From NCBI GenBank assembly GCA_965224485.1, contig CBDCZH010000013.1, positions 99,290 through 163,289 on the forward strand: a DNA stretch of 64,000 nucleotides, read 5' to 3'. The stretch is from Arcobacteraceae bacterium (lineage in GTDB: Bacteria; Campylobacterota; Campylobacteria; Campylobacterales; Arcobacteraceae). Made by a program: the position numbers and the translations under genes. Shown piece by piece: positions 1 through 10,425 of the stretch. The notes under the pieces are model-generated. The model worked only from the letters and a program-made list of their open reading frames with translations, did no database searches and was not told where the DNA came from. Positions within the stretch are counted from its first letter, which is position 1. Each line of letters opens with the position of its first letter.

Positions 1-591
1 TGGGTAATAACAGTCAATTGTTACTTCTTTAATAACTCTATTTTTCCAAGCATGTTTTACTAAAACTTCCATTTCCCAATCAAAACGTTTTGTTTTTATA
101 ATTAAATCTAGAATTGAAGTAGGGTATAATCTAAAACCAGAAAGTGAGTCTTTAATCTCTTGTTCTGTATCTAATGTTGCCCAAAAATTACTAAACCATC
201 TTCCAAATTTCGAAGCATTTGGTACGTTATCTATGTCAAAATCTCTTGCACCTATTATTATTTCATTTTCATCTTTACAAATTTCTAAAAGTTTTGTAAT
301 TTCACTAGCTAAGTGTTGCCCATCTCCATCTAAACTAATAAAATATTTATAGCCTAATTCTTTAGCCCTTAAAGCTCCTGTGATAATAGCCGAACCCTTA
401 CCTAAATTCGTTTCATGTCTTATAATACTTAGGTTTTTATCTTTTTTTAAAATATTTTCAATAGGGTTTGTATATCCATCATCAACTACAATTACTTTAT
501 ATTTATGTGATAAAATATCATCTACAACTGCTTGAATTGATTTGTCATTATTATAAGTAGGAACTACTACTATTATTTCATTATATTTCAT
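1..591 (-). CDS. Glycosyltransferase family 2 (3' end runs off the window)
   Basis: Not in the ORF track. Read manually from ATG at 591: MKYNEIIVVVPTYNN...VIVVDDG...NLGKGSA...SLDGDGQH...DSLSGFRLYP, typical GT2 motifs. The start overlaps the stop of the 581..898 gene. Confidence 0.85.
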   Translation of the reverse strand, partial: MKYNEIIVVVPTYNNDKSIQAVVDDILSHKYKVIVVDDGYTNPIENILKKDKNLSIIRHETNLGKGSAIITGALRAKELGYKYFISLDGDGQHLASEITKLLEICKDENEIIIGARDFDIDNVPNASKFGRWFSNFWATLDTEQEIKDSLSGFRLYPTSILDLIIKTKRFDWEMEVLVKHAWKNRVIKEVTIDCYYP

Positions 592-898
592 ATATTATTT
601 CACTTACTTTTGAAGTCTCTTTTTTTATAATAACTTTAAATCTTTTTTGATCTTTACTTGAAATGTTATAAGAGATTATATCATCTGGTTTTAATATTTT
701 AATAAATTTTGCTTTTATTATTGAAATAATTTCATGAGAGTTAAGATCTGCTATTATATCAATTTGTAAAAAACCAGGAAGTATTTCATTATCTTTAAAA
801 TGAGCTTTAAAAACTTGATGCTCTTTGTTTGCTAATTGGATAAGATAATAATTCTCTTCTTTTTTTAATATCTTAAATAAATTATTTATTAGTGTCAT
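581..898 (-). CDS. FabA/FabZ-like hotdog-fold acyl-ACP dehydratase (ApeI-like)
   Basis: HQVFKAHFKDNEILPG motif; located in an ACP/KS cluster. Confidence 0.75.
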   Translation of the reverse strand: MTLINNLFKILKKEENYYLIQLANKEHQVFKAHFKDNEILPGFLQIDIIADLNSHEIISIIKAKFIKILKPDDIISYNISSKDQKRFKVIIKKETSKVSEIIYEI

Positions 899-1024
899 TA
901 GATTTTACTTCCTTATTATTTGAACATATTACAAAAATTAATATTAATATTAATTTAGTAAGAAAGTTAAAAGATGAAAGATAGTAATATTTAGACAATT
1001 TATGGAGATAAGGTTAGTAGTATT

Positions 1025-1276
1025 ATGATAACAAATAATGAATTTAAAGAAGTGTTAATCAAGAGTTTAAATCTTGAAGATATGAGTGTAGATGATATAG
1101 ATGATGATGAGGCTTTATTTGGTGATGAAGGTTTAGGTTTAGACTCTGTTGATTCAATTGAACTGGTTTTAGTAATCGAAAAAGAGTATGGTGTAAAAAT
1201 TAAAAATCCTGAAGAATACGATACAATTTTTTCTTCAGTTTCTTCTTTATTAAAATATATTAATGCAAATACCTAA
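1025..1276 (+). CDS. Acyl carrier protein
   Basis: Acidic 83 aa protein with the GLGLDSVDSIEL phosphopantetheine attachment motif. Confidence 0.93.
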   Translation: MITNNEFKEVLIKSLNLEDMSVDDIDDDEALFGDEGLGLDSVDSIELVLVIEKEYGVKIKNPEEYDTIFSSVSSLLKYINANT

Positions 1277-2387
1277 AAAGGCTTATATAAATAATTTTGA
1301 TTTAGTTTGCTGTGCTGGAAATAATCCAAGTGAATTGTTTAGGTCTATTTGTGAAAAAAAAGATACTATTAGTATTGATAATACTTATGTCAAAGATAAA
1401 ACCCTAGCTTTAGGAAAAATTAATTCTTCTTTAAGTTTTTATGAACTTTTATTAAAAAAAGTTAATAATGTTTTACAAGCGTCTAATTTACAAGACTTTT
1501 CTAGTACTTTATTAGTAATAGGCTCTTCTGTTGGAGGAATGAAAACAACAGAAGATATATTCTTTAAAGATAAAAATTATAAAAATATAAAGTATAAAGA
1601 ACATACTATTGATTCTCTTGCTTATTTTTTGAAAAAACATTTTTCTTTTTATGATGATATCTCTTTTTCAACTGCCTGTACTTCTAGTGCAAATGCTTTA
1701 GGATATGCTAAAGAAGTAATTGAAAAAAAAATATATAAAAATGTTTTAGTACTTGGAGCAGATTCTTTATGCCATACAACAGTTTGTGGCTTTTCTGCTT
1801 TAGGAGTATTATCCAGTAAAACCTGTACTCCTTTTGATATAAATAGAGAAGGCATGAATGTTTCTGAAGCAATTGCAGTTTTACTTTTACAAGATCATGC
1901 ACAAAAAAATGCAATTGAGCTTTGTGGTGTTGGATATAGTTCAGACGCCCATCATATGAGTCAACCTCACCCAGATGGACTTGGAGCAAAAACTGCAATG
2001 CAAAATGCTATTAAAAATGCAAATTTACAAAATGAAGATATTCATTATATAAATGCTCATGGAACTGGAACACAGGCAAATGATAATTCTGAAATTAAAG
2101 CAATTAAGAGTTTATTTCAGGATCAAAATTCTCAAAACTTATATATTTCTTCTAGTAAATCAACAACAGGACATACTTTAGGTGCTGCTGGTGCAACTGA
2201 AGCTATTATCTCTTCTTTAGTTTTATTGAAACAAACTATTATTCCAAATAAGAATTTAAAACAAGCAGAATTTTGTGAAATGAACTTTCCTCTAAAATCT
2301 TTAGAAAAAGAGATCTCATATGTTATGAGTAATTCATTTGCTTTTGGTGGTAATAATACTTCTTTGATTTTTGGACTTGTAAAATGA
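1263..2387 (+). CDS. Beta-ketoacyl-ACP synthase (FabB/FabF-like ketosynthase)
   Basis: STACTSS (catalytic Cys), INAHGTGT, KSTTGHTLGAAG, SNSFAFGGNN. Confidence 0.93.
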   Translation: MQIPKKAYINNFDLVCCAGNNPSELFRSICEKKDTISIDNTYVKDKTLALGKINSSLSFYELLLKKVNNVLQASNLQDFSSTLLVIGSSVGGMKTTEDIFFKDKNYKNIKYKEHTIDSLAYFLKKHFSFYDDISFSTACTSSANALGYAKEVIEKKIYKNVLVLGADSLCHTTVCGFSALGVLSSKTCTPFDINREGMNVSEAIAVLLLQDHAQKNAIELCGVGYSSDAHHMSQPHPDGLGAKTAMQNAIKNANLQNEDIHYINAHGTGTQANDNSEIKAIKSLFQDQNSQNLYISSSKSTTGHTLGAAGATEAIISSLVLLKQTIIPNKNLKQAEFCEMNFPLKSLEKEISYVMSNSFAFGGNNTSLIFGLVK

Positions 2388-3034
2388 AAATAAACCTTGA
2401 GATATTAGAAGCTGCGTCTGTATATGATGAAGAAGAAATTAAAACACTAACTACAAAAGTACTTGTTCCTAAAATGATGTTAAGAAGAAGATTAACAAGA
2501 GCTTCAAAACTATTTATTGAATTAATACATAAAGTAGGTTTTAAAGATGGACGAATTGTTTATGGGAGCTCTTTTGGTGAACTTCAATCTAGTGCAAATA
2601 TTTTAAGTGCAATTTTAAATAATAGTGGAATATCTGCAAATGATTTCCAAAACTCTGTTTACAATACGCCTACTTCCTATGCCTCAATTCTTACACATAA
2701 TACTAAAGAAATTTTAACAATATCTTCAGGTGACGAAACATCTTTAAAAGTTTTAAAAGCTGGAGCAATAAAGGCGTTAGATAAAGATGAAATCTTATTA
2801 CTTGTTTGTGAAACTATAAATATTACAAATATAGATGAGGTAAATACTTGCAAAATATTTAAAGAGTGTGGTTTTGCTATAAGAGTAAAAATAAGTACAG
2901 AAGAAGCAAATTTATATTATGAAGAAGATGAAAGTTGCAAAGATGATAATAAAGTGCCAAAATCTCTTTATCATATATATAAAATAATAAAAAATTTAAA
3001 AAAAGAAAAAAATATAATTGAAGTTATTTTATGA
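2384..3034 (+). CDS. Ketosynthase chain-length-factor-like protein
   Basis: MLRRRLTR and FQNSVYN motifs; overlaps the KS stop (ATGA); no catalytic Cys motif. Confidence 0.75.
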   Translation: MKINLEILEAASVYDEEEIKTLTTKVLVPKMMLRRRLTRASKLFIELIHKVGFKDGRIVYGSSFGELQSSANILSAILNNSGISANDFQNSVYNTPTSYASILTHNTKEILTISSGDETSLKVLKAGAIKALDKDEILLLVCETINITNIDEVNTCKIFKECGFAIRVKISTEEANLYYEEDESCKDDNKVPKSLYHIYKIIKNLKKEKNIIEVIL

Positions 3035-3378
3035 ATTTACCACATTTAAAACCTATTAGGTTTGTAAAGGAGCTTATAAAAAAAGAAGATAATATTTCTT
3101 TAGTCTCTTGTGAATTTCCATATATCCCTACTTTATCCATGGTTTGTGAAGCAGCAGCTCAAAGTTCTTCTTCTTTTAATGAATCAAAGCAAGAGCAATT
3201 AGGTTTTTTAATCTCTTTAAAAAACATAAAACTACATAAAGAATTTTCTTGTACTTTTTTTAATATTAAAATAGAAGAACTTATTCAAGTTGATAAAATC
3301 AGTGAATATTCTTTTGAAGTAATAAAGAATTCAGAAATATATGCAAGTGGTAAACTTACAATTATACTAGGAAAATAA
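3031..3378 (+). CDS. Hotdog-fold dehydratase subunit (ApeP-like)
   Basis: LPHLKPIRFV...EAAAQ...GFLI pattern; operonic with KS/CLF. Confidence 0.65.
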   Translation: MNLPHLKPIRFVKELIKKEDNISLVSCEFPYIPTLSMVCEAAAQSSSSFNESKQEQLGFLISLKNIKLHKEFSCTFFNIKIEELIQVDKISEYSFEVIKNSEIYASGKLTIILGK

Positions 3379-4440
3379 ATGAATAAGTTTTTTAAAAATA
3401 GTGATGATTTAACAGCTTTAGAAGCTTTATATGAGGCGCAAAAGATAGCTTTTGCTCCTATCGTTTTTCAAGTTGTAAGAGTTATGAGAGATTTAAATAT
3501 TTTAGAAATTTTAGCAAAAAACAAAAATGGACTAAGTTATATAGAATTAGCTAAAGAGTCAAGTTTAAGTCTATATGCAATTCAAGTTTTATGTGAAACA
3601 GCTTTAAGTGCAGGTGTAGTTTATACTAAAAATGAAAAAGTTTTTTTAAGTAAAATAGGATTCTTTATAAATAGTGATGAAATGACAAATGCTAACATGA
3701 ACTACAATCACCATGTTAACTATCAAGGTCTGTTTTATTTAGAAGAAGCTATAAAAAGTGGAAAAGCAGAAGGCTTAAAAGTATTTGGGTCTTGGGATAC
3801 CATTTATCCAGCTCTATCATCACTACCCCAAAAAGCCAAAGAGTCTTGGTTTACTTTTGATCACTTATATTCAGATAGTGCTTTTTTAGAAGCTAGTAAA
3901 ATATTGCTTAGTTTAAATGCTAAATCAATTCTAGATATTGGTGGTAATACTGGCAAATTTGCTTCCTTATTAACAAAAGAAAATACATTAATTGATATTA
4001 CTATTATGGATTTACCTTCTCAAATAAAACTTGCTAAAGCAAATATTTATGAAAATGATATAAAGAATATCTCTTTTTATGAGGCAAATATTTTAAAAGA
4101 AGAGACTAGAATACCTAAAGGTTATGACATTATTTGGATGAGTCAATTCTTAGATTGTTTTAAAGAAGAACAAATTATAAATATCTTAAAGAAAATTAAA
4201 AGTTCAATGAGTGAAAACTCTCAGATCTGTATTATGGAACCTTTTTGGGATAGACAAAGAAATGAAACTGCTGCTTTTTGTGTAATAAATACATCTCCTT
4301 ATTTTACTGCTATGGCAAATGGATATAGTAAAATGTTTAAATATAGTGACTTTGAGAAATATTTAGTAAAAGCAGGTTTAGAAGTTCTTGAATTAATTGA
4401 TAATATTGGTTTATGTCAGACTATTATTAGATGTAAATAA
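3379..4440 (+). CDS. SAM-dependent methyltransferase (O-methyltransferase family 2)
   Basis: LDIGGNTG motif I, MDLP, IWMSQFLDCF; N-terminal dimerisation/wHTH region. Confidence 0.85.
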   Translation: MNKFFKNSDDLTALEALYEAQKIAFAPIVFQVVRVMRDLNILEILAKNKNGLSYIELAKESSLSLYAIQVLCETALSAGVVYTKNEKVFLSKIGFFINSDEMTNANMNYNHHVNYQGLFYLEEAIKSGKAEGLKVFGSWDTIYPALSSLPQKAKESWFTFDHLYSDSAFLEASKILLSLNAKSILDIGGNTGKFASLLTKENTLIDITIMDLPSQIKLAKANIYENDIKNISFYEANILKEETRIPKGYDIIWMSQFLDCFKEEQIINILKKIKSSMSENSQICIMEPFWDRQRNETAAFCVINTSPYFTAMANGYSKMFKYSDFEKYLVKAGLEVLELIDNIGLCQTIIRCK

Positions 4441-4538
4441 TAGGCTTTATAAACTCTTTTCTTTAAAGCTATAATAATACTTACTTCATACCTAAGAAAA
4501 GTAATGTTAAAATAGAAAAATTTTAAAGAAGGTTTTAT

Positions 4539-5297
4539 ATGTTTGATATTATAAAAGATAGTTCACTAAGAATTAAAACAGCACTTATACTATTTATGGC
4601 TTTTATTCTCGTTAGTTTTATAGATACCCTATTTGTTACCTGGCTTTTTCTAGGGATTTTTGCGATGATTGGTGTTAGTGAAGCTATGAAACTGTTCAAA
4701 GTTGATGATTATATAGTTTTTCAATTTGCAGGAATAACTTGGATTGCCGCGTATTTTTATCCTAATCCTGAAGATTTATTAGCTGTTGCTATTGTAGTTT
4801 TTTCTTCAATGTTAGCTTATAGTAAGAAGTTTGATAAAAAAGCTCTTCTTCCTTTATTATATCCTTTAGCATCCTTTTTGTTCTTAATAGCTTTATATTC
4901 TGAGTTTGGAATACAAGTATTATGGTGGATTTTATTTGTTGTAGCATCTGCTGATGTTGGGGCTTATTATATTGGACGAGCTTTTGGTAAAACTAAGTTT
5001 TGTGAAACAAGCCCTAAAAAAACCCTAGAAGGTTTATTTGGTGGATTAGTATTAGCTTCTTTGTTAGGACCTTTATTTGCTCTTCCTGAACTATCTTATA
5101 TTGGTGCTTTAATGATTTCATTTTTTGTGGCTATTTCTTCTGTATTTGGTGATCTATTTGAATCATTCTTAAAAAGAGAAGCGGGGGTAAAAGATAGTGG
5201 AGATATTCTTCCTGGTCATGGTGGAATACTAGATAGAACAGATGGATTTTTATTTGCAGGAATTATAATGTTAGTTCTTTTAAGAGTTGTACTTTGA
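4539..5297 (+). CDS. cdsA: Phosphatidate cytidylyltransferase
   Basis: SPKKTLEG and GDLFESFLKREAGVKDSGDILPGHGGILDRTD signature; precedes dxr. Confidence 0.95.
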   Translation: MFDIIKDSSLRIKTALILFMAFILVSFIDTLFVTWLFLGIFAMIGVSEAMKLFKVDDYIVFQFAGITWIAAYFYPNPEDLLAVAIVVFSSMLAYSKKFDKKALLPLLYPLASFLFLIALYSEFGIQVLWWILFVVASADVGAYYIGRAFGKTKFCETSPKKTLEGLFGGLVLASLLGPLFALPELSYIGALMISFFVAISSVFGDLFESFLKREAGVKDSGDILPGHGGILDRTDGFLFAGIIMLVLLRVVL

Positions 5298-6361
5298 TTC
5301 TATTAGGAAGTACAGGTTCAATTGGTGTTAATACCTTAAATATAGCAAGAGATTTTAACCTAGATGTTGAAGTTTTAGTAGCTGGAACGAATATTAAATT
5401 ATTAAATGAACAGATAAAAGAGTTTAAACCAAAAATTGTTGTAATTGCGAATAAAGAAGATATAAAAAATGTAAATCATTCTAATGTATCTTCAGGTGAA
5501 GAAGCAATTTTACATGCCATTGAAGCTTCAAGCTCAAAAACATTAGTAAATGCTTTAGTTGGTTTTTTAGGTCTTAAACCAACACTAAAAGCAATACAGT
5601 GTAATAAAAAAGTTGCCTTAGCAAATAAAGAGTCTTTAGTTGTTGCTGGAATGTTTATAAATCAAAAGAATTTAGTTCCAATTGATTCTGAGCATTTTGG
5701 TTTATGGTATTTATTAAGTGATAAAAAAATAGACTCTATGACAATAACTGCATCTGGTGGTTCTTTTAGAGATTATCCCTTAGAAGATTTAAAAAATGTT
5801 ACAGTAAAAGAAGCCTTAAATCATCCAAATTGGTCAATGGGAAATAAAATTACAATAGATAGTGCAACTATGACAAATAAACTTTTTGAATTAGTTGAAG
5901 CAAAGTATTTATTTAATATTACAAAACTAGATGCAATAATAGAAACAAAATCACTAATTCATGCCATGATTAATTTTTGTGATGGTTCAACAACAGCTCA
6001 TATAGCAAATGCTAATATGAAACTTCCTATATCTTATGCTTTAATGAAAAAAGTAGATAAACAAGTATTAAAACATATAGATTTATTAGAAGTAGGCTCT
6101 TTAGAATTCAAAAAAATAGAAACTTCACGTTATGCTATTTGGGAAATTAAAGATGATTTACTAAAAAATGATAACTTAGGTGTGGTTTTAAATGCGGCAA
6201 ATGAAGTTGCGGTTAATAAGTTTTTAAATAATGAGATAGGTTTTTTAGATATTTCAAAAATAAGCTTAGATGCAATAAATAGATTCTCAAATATAAAAAT
6301 TTCAAATATTGATGATATTTTTGAAGCAAATAAAGAGGTTAGGGCATATTATGGGTTTTGA
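5294..6361 (+). CDS. dxr: 1-deoxy-D-xylulose-5-phosphate reductoisomerase
   Basis: LGSTGSIG, LANKESLV, PIDSEH, HPNWSMGNKITIDSAT, NAANE. Confidence 0.97.
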   Translation: MILLGSTGSIGVNTLNIARDFNLDVEVLVAGTNIKLLNEQIKEFKPKIVVIANKEDIKNVNHSNVSSGEEAILHAIEASSSKTLVNALVGFLGLKPTLKAIQCNKKVALANKESLVVAGMFINQKNLVPIDSEHFGLWYLLSDKKIDSMTITASGGSFRDYPLEDLKNVTVKEALNHPNWSMGNKITIDSATMTNKLFELVEAKYLFNITKLDAIIETKSLIHAMINFCDGSTTAHIANANMKLPISYALMKKVDKQVLKHIDLLEVGSLEFKKIETSRYAIWEIKDDLLKNDNLGVVLNAANEVAVNKFLNNEIGFLDISKISLDAINRFSNIKISNIDDIFEANKEVRAYYGF

Positions 6362-6629
6362 TATGTTATTTCCTTTTGGCATTTTAATTGTTTTAGTAAT
6401 ATATTTAATTTATTCAAGAAATACTTTTGAAAAAGATATTCTTGCAACATATGATAAAAAATATGACTCTTGGAAAGAACATGCTTTAAAAGATGTACAA
6501 CAAACTTCAAGTAAAGAGTTAGTTGGATTAGTTTTTAAAAAAGATGCTAAAATAGATATAGAACTATTTGATGATATTTCTTTAGATAAGGTACAAAGAG
6601 GAAAATTCACTTCAAGGCGTAAAGTATGA
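6351..6629 (+). CDS. Hypothetical protein with N-terminal membrane anchor
   Basis: ORF 6309..6629; ATG at 6351 preferred (minimal overlap with dxr); hydrophobic N-terminus; stop overlaps next start. Confidence 0.65.
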   Translation: MGFDMLFPFGILIVLVIYLIYSRNTFEKDILATYDKKYDSWKEHALKDVQQTSSKELVGLVFKKDAKIDIELFDDISLDKVQRGKFTSRRKV

Positions 6630-7054
6630 AATATATATTTATAATACTCTTATTTTTCTCTTTTTTAGAAGCTTCTTTAAGTAGAAATAATTCTAGAAAT
6701 GTAGTTGTTGATACAGAAAATTCTTTAATGTGGGAAGATAGAGCTGAAAATTTAAGTGTTTATTTATCTCATAAAGATGCCCAAAATCACTGTGAAGATT
6801 TAAAATATTTAGGATATGGAAATTGGCGTTTACCTCATATAAAAGAGTATAAAAGTATAGTTGATAAAACAAATGAAATAAATTATATAAATAAAGCTTT
6901 TAAATATAATTTAAAAGATTGGTATTGGGCTAGTACTGCTCATTTTAGAACATTATGGTTTTATGCTGATTATATGTATTTTATTTCAGGAACTGCTTAT
7001 TTTGACTCAAGATTTAAAAAGAAATACGTACGATGTATAAGAGATATGAAATAA
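6626..7054 (+). CDS. DUF1566 (Lcl-domain) secreted protein
   Basis: Signal peptide; VVDTENSLMW...A...C..L...GY.NWRLP...YWAST...VRCIR. Confidence 0.85.
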   Translation: MKYIFIILLFFSFLEASLSRNNSRNVVVDTENSLMWEDRAENLSVYLSHKDAQNHCEDLKYLGYGNWRLPHIKEYKSIVDKTNEINYINKAFKYNLKDWYWASTAHFRTLWFYADYMYFISGTAYFDSRFKKKYVRCIRDMK

Positions 7055-7063
7055 GGAAGAAGA

Positions 7064-7606
7064 TTGAAAAAAAGAGTTTTAATAATTCATGGTTGGAATG
7101 GAAGTTCTTATCCCCATTGGCAAGCACACTTAGCAGCTGATTTAATAAAAGATAACTATATAGTATCTTTTCCTTCTTTACCAAATATGGATAAACCAAA
7201 CTTAGATGAATGGAAAACATTTATTAAAAATGAGATCCATCATTTTAAACCCCAAATCGTAGTATGTCACTCTTTGGCAAATATCTTATGGTTTAAACTT
7301 GTAAAAGATTTAGATATTTCTTTAGAAAAACTACTCTTAGTAGCTCCTGTTAGTAAAGAGTGCAATATAAAAGAACTTAGTACTTTTTTCCCTTATGAGG
7401 TTTCAAAAGATTTAAAAGCAAAACATGTTTTAATAGCTGCTTCTAGCAATGATGAGTATATGAATTTAGAAGAAGCTTATGCTTTACAAAAAGAGTTAGA
7501 TGTTGATATTGAAGTATTTGATGATGCTGGTCATATAAACAACGAAGCTGGTTTTGGAAAATTTGACTATGCTTACGAATTTGTAAGAAAAGAGATGAAA
7601 ATATGA
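7064..7606 (+). CDS. RBBP9/YdeN family alpha/beta hydrolase
   Basis: IIHGWNGS..HWQ, VCHSLA nucleophile elbow, SSNDEY, AGHIN. Confidence 0.9.
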   Translation: MKKRVLIIHGWNGSSYPHWQAHLAADLIKDNYIVSFPSLPNMDKPNLDEWKTFIKNEIHHFKPQIVVCHSLANILWFKLVKDLDISLEKLLLVAPVSKECNIKELSTFFPYEVSKDLKAKHVLIAASSNDEYMNLEEAYALQKELDVDIEVFDDAGHINNEAGFGKFDYAYEFVRKEMKI

Positions 7607-7701
7607 TTTTAAGTATTGTCCTCGTCTTTCCAGTCCTGCGAGATAAATCGCAAGCGATGTATGAATCTTTGAAAGGAAAAAATCTATGATTTTAAGTATT
7701 G
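7602..7701. repeat. 17-bp direct repeat of the tsaD start (TATGATTTTAAGTATTG) flanking a 66-bp insert
   Basis: Identical copies at 7602-7618 and 7685-7701; the insert contains the hairpin TGCGA-GATAAA-TCGCA. Confidence 0.85.
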
Positions 7702-8681
7702 AAAGCTCTTGTGATGATAGCTCTATTTCTATTACTTGTATAGAAACAAAAGAGTTAATTTATCATAAAAAAATATCTCAAGAATTAGAACATAGTGTTT
7801 ATGGAGGAGTAGTTCCTGAACTAGCTGCAAGATTACATATAGAAGCTTTACCTAAAATATTGAGTGAGTGTGAAAAGTATTTTTCGTCTCTTAAAGCAAT
7901 TGCGGTTACTAATGCTCCTGGTTTAGCTGTTACTTTAACCGAAGGTGTAACTATGGCAAAAGCACTTGCTTTATGTTTAGATATTCCTTTAATTGCAGTA
8001 AATCATTTAAAAGGGCATATTTATTCACTTTTTATTCAAAAAGAAGAAATTATGCCTATTACAACTCTTTTAGTATCAGGTGGACATACTCAACTAATAG
8101 AAGTAAAATCGTTAAATGAGATGAAAATCCTAGCAAGTACTATTGATGACAGTTTTGGTGAAAGTTTTGATAAGGTTTCTAAAATGTTAGGACTAGCTTA
8201 TCCAGGAGGACCAGTGGTACAAGAATATGCCAAAAATGGAGACTCAAGTAGATTTGATTTACCGATTCCTTTAAAACAAAGTCCTGATATTAAGTTTTCA
8301 TACTCAGGACTTAAAAATGCAGTACGATTACAAATACTGAAACTAGAAGAAACGGGTTCTTTAGATAGACAAGCTAAGGCTGATATTTGTGCCTGTTTTC
8401 AAAAAGTAGCAGTTGCTCATGTAATACAAAAAACAAAAAAACTTTTTAAACAAAATAAAATTACAAACTTTGCAATAGTTGGTGGAGCTAGTGCAAATAC
8501 AGAGTTAAGAGAGAATATTCAAAATTTATGTAAAGAGTTTGGAGCTAAATTATATCTTAGTGATTTAAAATACTGCTCAGATAATGCAGCTATGATTGGA
8601 CGAGTAGCACTTGAACAATATAAGATAAAAGATTTTATAAAAATTGATGAAATAGATGTAAAACCAAGGATAAAGGCTTAA
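7686..8681 (+). CDS. tsaD: tRNA N6-adenosine threonylcarbamoyltransferase
   Basis: [44 protein letters not shown]. Confidence 0.97.
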   Translation: MILSIESSCDDSSISITCIETKELIYHKKISQELEHSVYGGVVPELAARLHIEALPKILSECEKYFSSLKAIAVTNAPGLAVTLTEGVTMAKALALCLDIPLIAVNHLKGHIYSLFIQKEEIMPITTLLVSGGHTQLIEVKSLNEMKILASTIDDSFGESFDKVSKMLGLAYPGGPVVQEYAKNGDSSRFDLPIPLKQSPDIKFSYSGLKNAVRLQILKLEETGSLDRQAKADICACFQKVAVAHVIQKTKKLFKQNKITNFAIVGGASANTELRENIQNLCKEFGAKLYLSDLKYCSDNAAMIGRVALEQYKIKDFIKIDEIDVKPRIKA

Positions 8682-8682
8682 A

Positions 8683-9000
8683 ATGTTTGAAATGGGAGCT
8701 AAGTTAAGTGGCAATACTTTTGATACTGCTAAAAATAAAAAAATTATGCAAAAAGTAGGAACTCAAAATAAAAAAGAACACCAATTGGTTTTCACTTATG
8801 AAAAAAGAAGAGGTAAGGCTATTACCTTAGTAGGTAGATTTTATATAAGTGAAGATGATAAAAAAGCAGTATTAAAATTATTAAAGAAAAAACTAGCCTG
8901 TGGTGGTGCTATTAAAGATGAATGGATTGAACTACAAGGTGATGTTAAAAGTAAAGTAATTGAGATTTTAAAAAAAGATGATTGGAAATTTAAATCGTAA
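8683..9000 (+). CDS. SUI1/YciH family translation initiation factor
   Basis: EKRRGKAIT...LKKKLACGGAIKD..IELQGD. Confidence 0.9.
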   Translation: MFEMGAKLSGNTFDTAKNKKIMQKVGTQNKKEHQLVFTYEKRRGKAITLVGRFYISEDDKKAVLKLLKKKLACGGAIKDEWIELQGDVKSKVIEILKKDDWKFKS

Positions 9001-9039
9001 ATAATATTAAATAGTAAAACTTAAAAAAAAGAGTAAATT

Positions 9040-10425
9040 ATGGAAAAAGTTTTTTATGAAGTTGAAAGTTTAGACAAACGTTGTTATGATGAATTTAATC
9101 TAAGTGAAGATATTTTAATGGAACATGCAGCTTATAGTATAAAACAATACATAAGCGATAATTTTTCAAATGATAAAACTATTTTAATAGTTTGCGGAAC
9201 CGGTAATAATGGTGCTGATGGTATCACCCTAGCTAGACTTTTATATAAAACCTATGATGTAAAACTTTATATTCCTTTTTCCGTTAAATCAAAAATGGCC
9301 AAACTACAGTTAAGTAGAGTTGAGAAATTAGGTCTTCAAAGAGTTAATTATATTTGCTCATGTGATATTGCAGTTGATTGTTTATTTGGAACAGGCCTTA
9401 AATCAGAAATGAATTCTATTTCTACTGAGATTATTTCTTTATTAAATAGATTAGATGCTTTTAAAATCGCTTGTGATATTCCTAGTGGAATTAATAAAGA
9501 TGGTCTTATTTTAAATCTTGCTTTTAAAGCAGACCTTACTATTACTATGGGAGCTTTGAAAACAGCACTTTTCTCTGATATGGTAAAAGATTATATTGGT
9601 GATATTATAGTTTGTAATCTTGGAATCCATAGAGACTTATATGAAGCAAAAAGTAATATTCATCTTTTAGAAATAAGTGATTTAAAACTTCCTTTAAGAA
9701 CTTCTAAAAATTCACATAAGGGAAATTTTGGTCACTCTTGCATTATTGTAGGTGAAAAAAAAGGTGCTGGAATAATTGCAAGTGAAGCTTCTTTTGCTTT
9801 TGGAAGTGGTCTTGTTACCATTTTGTGTAAAGAAGAGTTAAACTTACCTTTTCATATTATGCAAGCTAAAAGTATTCCTAGTAATACTACTTCTATTGCA
9901 ATTGGAATGGGTCTTGGTTCAAAGAATATTGAAGAGATAAAAAATATTTTAAGTTTAGATATAAAAAAAGTAATAGATGCTGATTTATTTTATGATGAGG
10001 TAATTTTATGTGCTTTAGAAAGTGATGTTGTTCTAACTCCCCACCCAAAAGAATTTTGCTCTTTATTAAAAATATGTGAACTTGCTGATATTTCTGTTAA
10101 GGACTTACAAAATAATAGACTTTTTTATGTAAATATGTTTTGCTTAAAATATAAAGAAGTAACCCTATTATTAAAAGGTGCTAATACTATTATTGGAAAA
10201 AACGATAAAACCTATATAAATTTTTATGGAACACCTGCTTTAAGTAAAGGTGGAAGTGGAGATGTTTTAACTGGTGTAATAGCTTCTTTATTAGCTCAAA
10301 ACTATGATAGTTTATCTGCTTGTTTAAATGGCTGTTTAGCTCATAGTTTAGCAGCACAGAAATTCTCTTTAAATAACTATTCTTTAAGACCACAAGATTT
10401 AATACAGGAGCTTAAAAAACTATGA
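9040..10425 (+). CDS. nnr: Bifunctional NAD(P)H-hydrate epimerase/dehydratase
   Basis: LMEHAA, CGTGNNGADG, DCLFGTG, HKGNFG, LTPHPKEF, GGSGDVLTG. Confidence 0.95.
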   Translation: MEKVFYEVESLDKRCYDEFNLSEDILMEHAAYSIKQYISDNFSNDKTILIVCGTGNNGADGITLARLLYKTYDVKLYIPFSVKSKMAKLQLSRVEKLGLQRVNYICSCDIAVDCLFGTGLKSEMNSISTEIISLLNRLDAFKIACDIPSGINKDGLILNLAFKADLTITMGALKTALFSDMVKDYIGDIIVCNLGIHRDLYEAKSNIHLLEISDLKLPLRTSKNSHKGNFGHSCIIVGEKKGAGIIASEASFAFGSGLVTILCKEELNLPFHIMQAKSIPSNTTSIAIGMGLGSKNIEEIKNILSLDIKKVIDADLFYDEVILCALESDVVLTPHPKEFCSLLKICELADISVKDLQNNRLFYVNMFCLKYKEVTLLLKGANTIIGKNDKTYINFYGTPALSKGGSGDVLTGVIASLLAQNYDSLSACLNGCLAHSLAAQKFSLNNYSLRPQDLIQELKKL

